Source: Chlorokybus atmophyticus
Taxonomy: Eukaryota; Plantae; Mesostigma and Chlorokybus algae
Direction of reading: 5' to 3'
Length of the DNA: 64,000 nucleotides
Assembly (NCBI GenBank): GCA_009103225.1
Contig: RHPI01003369.1
Location: 1,285,490 to 1,349,489, forward strand
Under the pieces are notes generated by a model, which was given only the letters and a program-made list of their open reading frames with translations, ran no database searches and was not told where the DNA came from. Shown in pieces: positions 33,312 to 45,500 of this stretch. The stretch's first letter is position 1, and every line of letters begins with the position of its first letter. A program made the position numbers and the translations under genes.

Positions 33312-33649
33312 GGTGGCTGGCTGGCTGGCTGCTGACCTGCTTGCTGCTGCGCTGGACGCCTGAACTGCTAATCTAACGCGCAATCAACATCTAGACGCTT
33401 CGATTTTGCGCTCGTACACATGCTTGCACAACCTCGCAATCGCCACAGCGACCGTCTCCGCTGCCACCGCCACCGCCGCCTACACCGCCGCCCACACCAC
33501 CAACGACATCGCCGCCTTGGGCCAAGTGCTGCCGATATCAAGCACTTGCTCCGGTTAACAATTTGATATAGCAGTTGGTCCGATACCATTGAGCTGTAGC
33601 TAAGCTGCTGTTGCTGGTATAATTGGCGACAGTGGCGGCTGTGACCAGC

Positions 33650-35308
33650 ATGGCTACGCACAGCGCGAGAGCCAGCTTCACCCTGAGGAAAGCTTACCTG
33701 ATCGCCTACAATGCGTTCTCCTGCCTGGGCTGGTACGTCCAAGAGTGCCTGCTTGCACACCTTGCATGCATGCGTGAGAGAACGCTGCTGCTAGCAGCTA
33801 GCGTTCTGCGCGAAGCCTTGTCTCTTGCTACTTGTTGCTTGCGTTGGCTGCGTAACACTTGAATGCTGTGTTGTAGGGCGTACGTGCTCGTGGCCGCCTG
33901 TTCCGCTTATGCTTCACACGGCATTGGCGCTGTGTACGACGCCATCAAGCTGCCATTGCTGACGGTGCAGAGCACTATGAGCTTGGAGGTGAGCTGCAAT
34001 CAGCATTCTGTGCGGTTGCAGTCAGCCAAAGAGAAGTGCTCACCAGGCGAGCTGATAGCGGTTGTGCAGCAATCTGATGTACTGCACATGCTTCTTGTAC
34101 ATGCAGATTATCCACGCCATGATAGGTGAGCAGCAGCCGAGCGACTGCCACCTTTCTGCTGCTTAGGCAATGGGACCTGGTTGCTCCAATGCTTCCTGTG
34201 TGTGGTAAGCATACGGAATGAGACACTGTTGTCAATGCAGGGCTAGTGCCATCTCCGATAATGGCAACTCTGCCACAAGTGGGCTCAAGACTCTTTGTAT
34301 TATGGGCAGTGCTGTACAGCTTTCCTCAGGTGGGTTAAGCATCAGGCATGCTGCCTTAGTGTGGTCTAATTGTGCCATCTGCTGCTTGCAATCAAATGGA
34401 CGATACAGCATCACAGTGTATTTTGATCATAGAGGGTTGTTATGGGTCTGCGTCAATGCTCACTCACGCTTGATGACTCAGCAGGTTCGCAGCGAGCCTG
34501 CAGTGCTCTCACTTGTGGTTAGCTGGGCAATAACAGAGGTGAGTTGCTGGACTGTTCTCAAACTTGAGCAGTCACTGATTGGTGCAATCATATGCACACT
34601 AACCAAACACTTTCACACGCAGGTGATTAGGTACTCTTTCTTTACCATGAAGGTGACAACTGGTGACGCGCCTCGTTTTCTACTGTGGCTAAGGTTGGTT
34701 GTGGTTGACACCTGTGCATTGTTTTGCTTGCACGCGCCTTGACATTGCACTTGCTTTGTTGTTTCTGCAGGTACACAACCTTTTACGTGTTGTATGTGAC
34801 GGGAATCTCAAGTGAAGTGTACCTCATCTGGAAAGCCTTGCCACACATACAGGTCAGCGGTCACGTCGCATTGGTAGGGCAGTCCTTGTATGCATCCGTT
34901 GTGTGAATAGTGTTCTGTAAAGCTCAGCTCGCATGCAAGGTGGACAATGCAGCTTACCAGTGCTGTAGTGAAATCTTCAAGGCAGGCATGTAACCTGGCA
35001 GGAACTCAATGCTTACTGTTGCCCCGCGCAGGCCTCCAAGCTGTACTCAGTCACATTGCCAAACAAGTTGAACTTTGCCTTTGACTTCTACATAGCGACT
35101 TTGGGCGTGTTGGCGGCGTATGTGCCAGGTACATAAAGCAGTAATCTTAACAATGCTGCAGGTTTTACTGCTATGCCAGTTGTGATTCTGGAGTGCCTAG
35201 CTGTTGTTTACAAGCGCTTCCTTTCTGCTTGCAGGAAGCCCTTTCCTTTACCTTTACATGGTTTCACAGCGCTCGCGAGCTCTCAAACCAAAGTCAAAAA
35301 CTGCATAA
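33650..35308 (+). CDS. PAS2: Very-long-chain (3R)-3-hydroxyacyl-CoA dehydratase (PASTICCINO2/HACD)
   Basis: YLIAYNAFSCLGW, LPQVGSRLFVLW, SWAITEVIRYSFF, LLWLRYTTFYVLYVTGISSE and SPFLYLYMVSQR. Confidence 0.93.
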
Positions 35309-35921
35309 AGCATCTCTGCACCAGAAGCACACTTGTCAGCCATGTCTGCGGGTTCGTGGCTGCTGTGCATCCTTCTCTGCTGCTGTCACAAGCTGCTATG
35401 ACAATGTGTTGCAGAAAATGACTTGGGTGGAGATGCCAGCAACGAACAGCAGCTATACAAATAAGAACCTTTCTGAGGCAGCTGCAAGTGTGTAATTCTT
35501 ATCAATATGCATTGCGCATGTGTGTTGTAAGCCAATTCTTTGCGCACAGTGCGTAGTGGTTTAGGTGACACGCTCACAAGCGTACCCAAGAAAGCGCAGC
35601 AGTTTGACAGTTGTCGCCAGTTGCTGTTGTCCCTTGCAATGTGGCTGTTGATAATTTGTACTTTCAGCAGAGGCTGCCAATGTCCGAGGTCAGTTGATTC
35701 AGTCTCAACGCACTCTTCACAGCACTCTTGTGTGCAAGCATAGAGCACACCTCTTCTGGCAGTGCACACATGCATTGTATGTATGCGGGGTGCTGCATCA
35801 CACGCGCTGACATATATGCGCACTCGGTTGCTGCACATGCTACAGTCACATATGACGTGTGCATTGTATGTATACGTCATATACACAAGACAGCTGTAAC
35901 ACCAAGTTTAGGTGCATGTGT

Positions 35922-37635
35922 TCAGTTGGTGAACCTGGCCCCTGTGCGCTCACTCTCATCCAACAACTCCTTTGTGCATCTAATCAGCACATCAGCCTCC
36001 CCCGCATCCGCCGTGCCACACGCTCTCCATCGCACACGCCCCTCCGCGTCCAGCAGGTAGGCGTACACCGAGAGCCGGTTGGTGATGCCGAGAGCCTTTC
36101 GCACGTGCTCGGTGTCGCCAAAGGTGTACACGACGTCTGAGCGCATGGGAGAGGAGGAGTTCTTGCTTATGGTTGTCACGGCGTCGGGGGAGGCGCGCAT
36201 AACGCGTAGCAGAAGGGACTGCACGACGGGGAGGGAGAACAGCCACGATTCTATCATAGAGACCTATGACAGGAGCCAAGTTTGGAATCAAAGAGACTGG
36301 GAGCAACGCGTGCGTGCACGTAATCAAGCATATAAGAACGACAGCCAGAAGAAAAGTGTTCAGTATCTTGTATGGTCCCCCACCTCAAAGCTGCGCACGC
36401 CTTGCTTGTCTCCAAAAACTTTCCTGAACGGTTTGTGCCAGGAGTCCACCATAGGCTAACACATACACGAGCACGCGCGCGCATGCGTTAGTTTTTGTCA
36501 GCATGATGAAACCCACCATACATCTCAATGCTGACTTGACACCCTCACCAAGCTTTGTCTTCGTCACAACATGCTCACCTGTGCTCCATCACGGAATGCG
36601 AGGCACACGAGCGCAACGCGTGGAGCGTCGTCCGTGTTGCGAGCGGGTGGGATGGTGAGGGCGAGGCTGGCGTTGCGCGCAGATATTGGCGGGAAGCGCG
36701 GGGCTGAGGCGGCGGGTGTCACTTGTGACTGTGTTGGGAAAAGCTGTATGCAAACAACATGCACGTCATGTGTGTTATACACCAGCTTTGCGTAGCAAAG
36801 CGCACGTATGTTCATGAAGTAACGCACCTTCCCGCCTGTTTCTTTGAGCTCTCGGAAATCGTCAAAGTACCCCCGCTGCAGGTCCTCCTTGCTGGGATAC
36901 ATGCAGCTTTAGCACAACGCAGTGCATGTGTGTACTGTCAACATGTTGCAGTGCGTCAAGCACGAAACTCAGTTGCAGGTCATGCTTTTATGTGCGTCAT
37001 GACCGTGACTTCATGGACGTTGTTGTAGGTGTGATACACGTATTCGGCTGAAGTCACTCTCACTTACAGTTTAGCCCTATTCTCCGCGCGCTTTTCTTTG
37101 CTGAACAACTGCAAAAAACCAAACGAGCCAAAATGACCCCTGATAGCATTGCACAGTGCTCTCGCGTGAGCCATGCATGTTGCAATTACCCGAGCCAAAA
37201 AGTTCTGCAACTGTAACCACCACACAATTAATTTTACAGAATCGATTTTCAGTTGGCAATGTCACACTTGGCAATCCAATCACCACATCGCTGCTCACCT
37301 GCCAGAAGGACTTGCTGCTGCTGCTGCTGTTGTTCTGTTTGTCGTTGATGTTGCTGTTGGCGTAGCAGCGAGCGCTGCCGCCACTCACAAGTGCAAAGCG
37401 GTGCAAAGCAGGAGGTAGAGAGGAGTTTTGAGGACTGATGCTACGCAGCAATGATTGTGAAGCCGACTGCAACGCCTGCAGTTGGCTTGAAGGAGTAAAG
37501 ATGTGATAGACTGAGGGTTTGCATGATCAAGTGAATGAGTGAACCACTGACTGAGTGCATGACTACACTCAGCAGCCATAAAAGCAATGCATGTGTGATG
37601 CTGACAACGCACACACGTACCCGACACCGCTGCAT
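35922..37635 (-). CDS. ATP10: Mitochondrial ATPase complex assembly factor ATP10
   Basis: Presequence-like N-terminus, then RGYFDDFRELKETGGK, LVCLAFRDGAQ and RKALGITNRLSVYAYLLDAEGRVRWRACG. Confidence 0.88.
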
Positions 37636-38423
37636 GACAAAACGACGGACCTCCTGCTCCTGCTCCTCCTCCTGAACGTCCTCAGCGGCCGCCGCCGCCG
37701 CTGCGCGGCCTATGCAATAGTAGAACCTGGGTCACGATGCTGTTGCTGTTGTAGTTGTTACTGAAGGTTTTTTACACAACGTGAGCTGCTTGCCTGTATT
37801 GAAAGCAGGAGCAAGCAGCCAGTTGTAGCCTGCACCCAGCAACGCATAAACACATGAACACACGCTGCCACGAGCAAAAGGCCAGGTGCGCCGGTATACA
37901 CAAGGTGCCCATCTGGTAGCATGCTCACACCAGCAGGCAGTGTAGTTCCAAACATGCAAGGAAGCGAACACAAATATATAGAACACTTGTCCAGTCGATT
38001 ACCCATGTGGCTTACACCAGCACACCGCACCAGGAACAGGGTCTCAGAATGCCAGCAAGCAAGCGAAGCATGCATGTGTGACCTGTTGTGGTATAAACTG
38101 GGCACAAATGGACTTTGTACCGAATCTCGACCACAATGCTTGTGATGGTTGCCTTGCTTAAAACAACGAGAGAGTCGCATGCATCCACCACAGTTGGTAT
38201 GGACTTCCTCCCCGTGCATTGATTTGTGTGCTAAATATGTGTGAATTTAGACCTTAGGTTTGGAGTCAGCAGCAATCAAGCACAGCACTGTAGTTGGAAA
38301 TCAAACAGCCAGCATGCATAAGCTGTAACTGCTATCAACAGTAGCTTGAACAGCCGGTTGCGGCGATTATGTATAGGGTAGCATGCACAACATGTAGGCA
38401 GGAAAGTTCAGAGTAAGCCCCTG

Positions 38424-41400
38424 TCACATGTACTCCCCCTGTTCAAATAGCTCTTCCAGCATGTAATCGGCCACAACGCTTCTGCCGCCAAACTTGCGCC
38501 CGTGCAAGCTGTTGCGCGCCCTCTGGGCTGAAGCCAGATCCGCAAACGCCACGTACACCTGCTCATTAAGATGTCAATACCAAGCTGGTCAAAGCGTGCT
38601 GGATGTTGTTAAAATACATACATACAAGCATAATACATGCACACGTGCATGTATTGTATGCTTGCGCGCACGCTCTCTACAACGAACACGTTCAAACATG
38701 ACAGACAAGCTCTCAACCAAACAGACGTGCGTGCACACCTTGCCAACACCGGGCGGTGCTGGATTGGACGGACTCGGCCTTGGAATAACCACACTTTGCA
38801 CTGGCCCTGCAATTCAGAACATTGCACACTTAGCAAGGCTGCACACCAAAGTTCAAGTAAAACAAAAGAAGACGAGCGGCAGCGCACCATATTTGCTGCA
38901 CTCGTCGCGCATATCCTCCAGAATGTCTTGGTATTCCTGGTCATCTGCAAGCTCATCTGGCGAAACAGCCTGCAGTGCATCAACAGCAGACATAAGCCAC
39001 ATGATCTGCACACAGCCAAGCAAAAGGCAATCTAGACGAGTGCATACTTCCAAAAGGGTCACAACACGTGTAGGCGGGTGCGAAGATGGCGGTGGCGTGT
39101 TGCCAGAGCTCGGGAACCCGGGGATGCCCAGCGGGAAGGCATTTGCGCCAGTTGCACCCATCTGCGCGAAACAACCATCAGACCTAGCCTCCCATTGCAA
39201 TTTGACCAGCATTGGTCCAGTGAGGCCGATTCATGCGTGCATATATACTACATATCACACATTGACCATAAATGTATGTATGCGTATGCAGCAGTCAGCA
39301 CTACCTGCATGGCAATCTGTGCCTGAGCTTGCTCAAACACAGAGCCTTGTTCTGGCTTTGGTTGTCCGCTGGCCGTGGCGCGCCTCACGGTGAGCGTCTT
39401 ATCTCCCATCTTCATGTTGTTCAGCGCCGCGCACGCGATGTCCACAATGGCTGGATCCTGATAGACCGCGAATCCGTAACCCTTGGAGTTGCCGGTCTCC
39501 CTGTCCTTAACAAGGTCGAAGGCTTTGAGTGAGCCGAAGGAGGACAATAGCTCCTTAATCTGCTCCTCCGTGAGATAGTAAGGCAGGCCGCCAACAAAGA
39601 TGCGGTCGGGCCCGTCCGCTCCACCGGCAGCGCCGGGAGTCAGTCCCACCGCGGCGAGGTTGAGATGCGGGCTAGGTGTGCTCGGGCCGAGCGCCGCCGC
39701 CATTGAGGGGTTGTAATCATTGGGTCTGCGCACTCGCACACTGATGCCGTCATAGATGATGCCGTCCAACGCCATGGCGTTGCTGGTCTCTTCTACGGTG
39801 CGGAACTCGACAAATGCAAACTTCTTCTCGGCGTTGATGTAGACATTCACAACAGAGTCCCCTGCAGCACAGCTGTCAAGTGATGCATGTGAAACACGGG
39901 AAGGACATGCAATGATGCGTGTGTGTGTGCATGCCTGGTAATATGGTAGTCACGTGCGTTAAGGTGAGTGTCACAACCATGCAAAGGCTTACCCGGACCA
40001 GCAGTGGCTCCACCCACCGCGGCCATCGCTGCGCTAAAGAAACGAGCCACACTCTGCACATGACAAGCTTTCAGCATGCAAGCCGACCAACAGCCCTTCT
40101 TGCATCTTGCAGCAACACTGATGGCTGTCTGGTGTGCCTTTTTGCCAGCGGCATAATTAGGGCTACGCGCTAAGCCTACAAAATAGCCATTTGACAGAAT
40201 CAGGTCCCTTGTATGCTGGGGCAGATGCAGACGACAAACCAGCAAACCTGCTGTGTGGTTGCGCCTTACAGAGTGATTGCTGAGGCCACAAGGGGCATGC
40301 GTTTAATCTGTAACAAAACGACGCGCAAACGAACCACGACAAGCCAACCACATCAGCCCCCAGTAGATGTGGACGCAGCTGTAGGATTCACAATGCACCC
40401 GACGATGTACTAACCACAGCATCAGACCTGTTCATTGGCGCCAGGGGGCAGTCCACCAACATACACGCGGCGGGCGTGGCGGGTAGCTTGCAGCGGCTGC
40501 GCTGGCATTGCTGGCATGCCACCGTACTGAAAGCGCAAGCACATTAACAACTGCAATGCACAACAATGTCTTGCAACGCTTGCAAGCACTCTCTACCTGA
40601 GTCCCGCCAAAGGCACTGCCAGTGAACAATGGGGCGGGAACTGCTACAATATCCCAGTCAGCACAAAGTCCAATGCTGCGATGAAGCTGCAGATGCGAGG
40701 GCCAACCCAACATAAACAACTGTGAACTGACCTGATGAAAATCCAGTCGGCGGAGCCCCACCGGGCGGCGGCTGATCAAAACCACTGCGCTTGCTGCAAA
40801 AGGGTCACGCTCAGTTCTTGGTGTCTGCTGAAAGCAAGACATCACAACATGCAGCTGTACAAGGTGCTTACGCGCGGCGGGTGTCTTTGGATGGTGAACG
40901 AGTACGCGACCGAGAATGCGATCGAGAGCGTGAGCGCGATCGATGCCTTGAGGAGCGATGGGATCTCTCTCTATCATCTCTTGAGCGATGCCTGCATTAG
41001 CAAATGCACGCACACTGACAATGAGAGGCTGATGATGGTTTCTCTACTTCAGCAAAACAAGAGCTTCCACTTGAATTGTTACCTGTCTCGATCTTTAGAA
41101 GGCTCTCTGTCGTCATGGTGGCTGCGTCTCGAGCTGCGGTGCCCATCCCTGTCCCGGTCTCTGTCCCTACCCCTGTCTCTGTCTCGGTCACGGTCACCTC
41201 TGTCTCGTTCGCGCCCCCCCCGATCCCGATCCCCTCTGTCGCGGTCTCGACTGCGGTCGCGGTCACGGGAACCACGGTGCAGCTCGCGCTCCTTGTCGGC
41301 TTCCTCGTCAGGGTCATACACGCGCTGGGATAGAGCACAATGCGGCTGAGTGCTAGGAATTGACACATGCAGACAGAAGCCATCAAGCGAAAACAAGACG

Positions 41401-42037
41401 CGTGCTGTTTTGGTAAACATTATGTCTGGATTGTCGTATGCATGCAACAGTACATCCATGCTGGACTGCACATGAGGCACTAGTAATGACCAGTGATAAT
41501 TGCGACAATCGCAGAGTGCTTCCAGCCATTGCAGCACGCAAGCAAACTGTACAATGCGCCATTTCATATGCCGACATGACTTAACCGCACGTAAGAGCAC
41601 GCAACTGAAGACGCGCGTGCACATAACTCCTTTCACTGAATCTGGACAAAGTTACTCTCAGCACCGACACCCCAGTGCGCCAACCAACAACAACCAGCTG
41701 CTCTATTGCCAGGAGATGGGGTGCTGAACACAACATAGGCAAAGCAAGTGCTTGCGGCCATTGCAGCAAGCACGCAAGCTGTGCCACATTCATCCCGGCA
41801 TGACTTGAATGCAACCAGAAGCACACGCAACTGAAACTGCGCCAAATCAACCCAGACACAACAAAGCCTCCTCGCATAGAGCTTGGACACAACGCTCATA
41901 GCACCGACAGCCACCCATTGCCCTGTTGCAAAGCGCACCTCATGCCGGCTGCCTCCGTTCTGCGGCGGGTTGGACGGATCAAACAAGCCCTCCGGCCCGC
42001 CCTCTTCAGGCCCGGGCGGCTCCATGCCGTCCGCCAT
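38424..42037 (-). CDS. U2AF65: Splicing factor U2AF large subunit
   Basis: RS/RD domain, then TRHARRVYVGGLP (RRM1), KKFAFVEFRTVEETSNAM, DRIFVGGLPYYLTE (RRM2) and a UHM domain EYQDILEDMRDECSKYG..LHGRKFGG. Confidence 0.97.
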
Positions 42038-42106
42038 GCCCCGAACCCCGCCGCCGCCACCACCGCCTGGATAGGTCCCCTGAACCCAGCCAAATCTTAA
42101 TTCATC

Positions 42107-42115
42107 AAACCCTAA
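42107..42115 (+). promoter_or_regulatory. Telo-box AAACCCTAA upstream of the U2AF65 ATG
   Basis: Exact motif 70 nt upstream of the start codon, with CACGTG at about 42218. Confidence 0.5.
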
Positions 42116-42585
42116 TTGGTCCGAACCCCGGCAGAGAGAAAATTCGTGTACGCCGCTGCCGTGCGCATCTCCTTGACAGAAATATCCCGTAGTGTAATTG
42201 TGATATCGTCGCTTAACCACGTGACTTGGCGGATTTGTTCACTCTTTTGAGAGGGCTTGCTTTGGCTGCCAGCTGGCAGGCTAAGCAGGTGGTGTGATTG
42301 TGTACGGCATCAGTGTTGGACGTGGCTATGGGTGTGGGAGAAGCAGGCAGTCAGTAGGCTATGAATGAATCATGGCAATGTTGTGCTCTTGGATCAGGGT
42401 GCTTAACAGCTGATGGGTGACATGGCAGCTGCTGAATAAGGCTGAGGAAGAGTGTGACCTGTTGTAGCGGGACACACACTCGCACAGTACGTCAACATTT
42501 TTGGGCTGTGCGTAGGCCAGACGCCTTGGGCAGATGCTGTCGATGCGCACAGTTTCAGTAGTAGTGTAGCTGTTAGCTCCATGAG

Positions 42586-45500
42586 ATGGTTCTACATGTG
42601 TCTCAAAGGACGCTCAGCGCTCCCACAACCCCAATGAGATCCGCCCGCAGCCACACAAGCGACAACTTTGATATCAATGCCGATATCCCCATCCCCGGCT
42701 CAGTCACGGCGCGGTCGATGCCTCCACTGCCGGCAATATCGGCGATATCGTCGACACCGGCGATATCCGCGCAAGGCAGGCAGGAGGATGTTGCGTTGGT
42801 GCATAAGAGTGTGAGTAAGGGTGGGTATGGGTACGGGACACAGCAGCAGCAGCAGCAGCAGCAAGCGATGCCGCTGGTGAAGAGGAATATGTTGGAGATG
42901 TGGCTGGATGATGCGCTGAAAGACGAGCGGGTGTTTGTGGATGCGGACGACAACAACAGGTACGTGAGGCTGTCATGCCAAAATGCGTGTCATGTGCGTG
43001 TGCGCGCGTGCATGCGTGTGTTAAGTGCAGCACTACTCAACTGCACAAGAAACAGAGAGCGTTTTGTGTTGTGAGTTGTGTTGTTGTGTTCTGTTGTCGT
43101 GTATCATAGATGGGTGATCATCACAGACAGCATGGAGATGGCGTGTACGGCGGGCTGCAAGGGTTTGGCATGCGTAAGCGGGAGCTTGTCGAATCAGGTT
43201 GGGACTTGTGTCTCAACTTAACAATTCATCATGTTGGCTTCATTGTAGTATAAATACACACTTCTCCAACCAGGTTTGGCGCCTGCGGTGGTGGACCGCA
43301 TGTACCGCACCCTCTACGTCCACGCGACGGGTCTGAACGACACCGTGAAGGAGCTCATCGGCCACGTCGGCCCCGCGCACGCACGCGCAGCGCTACTCAA
43401 CAACATATGGGGGAGCTTCCTGCACCTGTGCGAGCGCAACCTACGCGTGAGTGTGCGCGCGTGTGAGCATGGGCGTGTGTCAAACAACGCAAAATTATGT
43501 GCACGCGGGAGCGCACGTGTGCATGCGTGCACATATGCGCGCAAGTCTGTGCATGTCAGTGTGCACGCGTGCATGCGTGTATGTGTGCATGTGCGTGTGC
43601 GTGTGTGCATGCATGTGCGCGTGCGTGTATCACACAACAACATAACAGCACCGCACAGCACATGACATCTGATTGACTGACCCAGGTTGAGTTGAAGTCT
43701 GAGTTGAGGGACCTTCAGCAAAGGTCTGAGGATGCCAAGCACGAGAGCGTCACGCTGAGGCGCATGCTCGCGGACGCGCGCGAGCACCAGGTTGGGAAGG
43801 AATTGTTGTTGTGATATTGGTACCAACAACGTCATTGCTGTGCGTGTCCTGAGCGATATCAATTGTAGGTGGCGGCAATGAGGGAGATATCCGTGCTGGA
43901 AAGGAGATATCAACACGAGGCAGACACCGCCACTAGCTTCCAGAGACAGGTAGTATGGTTGTTATTGTTGTTGATGTTGATAATGATGTTGTTGTTGGTG
44001 TTGTTGAAGACAGTGATGTTATTGATGATATCGTTGTTGACACAGATTGGGGATCTGTCGAGGGCGTTGGATATTGAGCGTAGAGCTCGCGAGCACGCGG
44101 GTCGGCGTTACCACGCCGAGCGGGACTTACGAGTCCAAGCCGAGGAGAAGGCATGTCCACATTCATGGCAACATACACACCAGTCTACCACCAACCACCA
44201 CGCTAACAAGTTGTTTGTCATGCAGTTGAGGATAGCCATGGACGAGGCCAACGACAGCGTCGAGGCCCTCGAGCAGGCCGAGCGCAGGTTGGATGCTACG
44301 GAGAGGGAGTCTACCAGGCTTGCTGGGGAGATGGACCTGGTGAGATGCCAGCTGGAAGATGCGACGGCGCGGATTAGAGATGAGATCAGTCTGAGGGAAG
44401 CGGCTGAAGAGCAACAGGTGAGATGGGGATGATGATGATGATGATGGTGACGGTGGTGATGATGCGCGCATACAGATACACGTGCGCGCACACACATATA
44501 TATGCGTGAGCACGCGTGCACGAGCATGCGTTCGCATGTGCGCACACACACACGCACAAGTGTCTGTGCACGCGCGCCCACCCACCCACCCACACACAGT
44601 TCCTCCTCTCCTCCCGCACCTCTGCCGCCGAGTCCCTTGCCCGCTCCTCCTCCGACAAGTACAAGTCCGAGGTGCGCGCGCGCGTCATGCTGCAGGGGGA
44701 CCTCGCGCAGAAGAAGGAGGCGTACGAGGGGATGATGAACGACAACGACAACTTGAGAGGGGCGGCGGAGAGGTGAGTGGGGNNNNNNNNNNNNNNNNNN
44801 NNNNNNNNNNNNNNNNNNNNNNNNNNNNNNNNNNNNNNNNNNNNNNNNNNNNNNNNNNNNNNNNNNNNNNNNNNNNNNNNNNNNNNNNNNGGGGGAGGGA
44901 AGGGTGAAGTTAATGTGTAATGTGTTTCAGGTTGCGTGGGGAGTTGGAGGGTGAGCGTGTGAGGGTTGGGGAGCTTGAGGGAAGGACGAGGAGGTTGGAG
45001 GATGAGGGGAGGGAGCGGGAGAGAGAGATGCACGAACGGGAGATGGTACGTGTGAGCACGTGAACAAGGGGGCATGCATGTGTACGTGTGTACATGCAGT
45101 CATGTGGTAACCTTTGGTTCTAAGGCTAATCAGTTCTGTCTACGCGCACACACACATAGTGATACTACCACCACAGCAACCACATTGTCAGCCACGCTGC
45201 CATGGGCGTGGTGGATCATCACACTCACCAGCACATGACTCTGTCCACAGCGCATGGCCCAGTGTCAGGACGAGCTGAAGCACGCGGCCGCCCGTTCCGA
45301 CCGCGCCAAAGAGGAGGTGTCGGCCCTCACGGCCCACATCACGCACCTGACGAGCAAGTGGGACGTGCTGTCGGCCGCGCACGCCGCGCTCACGGGGGAG
45401 CACGGGACGCGGCAGGTAGAGTGCGTACGTGCGTGCGTGCGTGTACGCAGAAGTGAAGATGCGTGCGTGCGCGTGCGTGTGCGTGTGCGTGTACGTGTTT

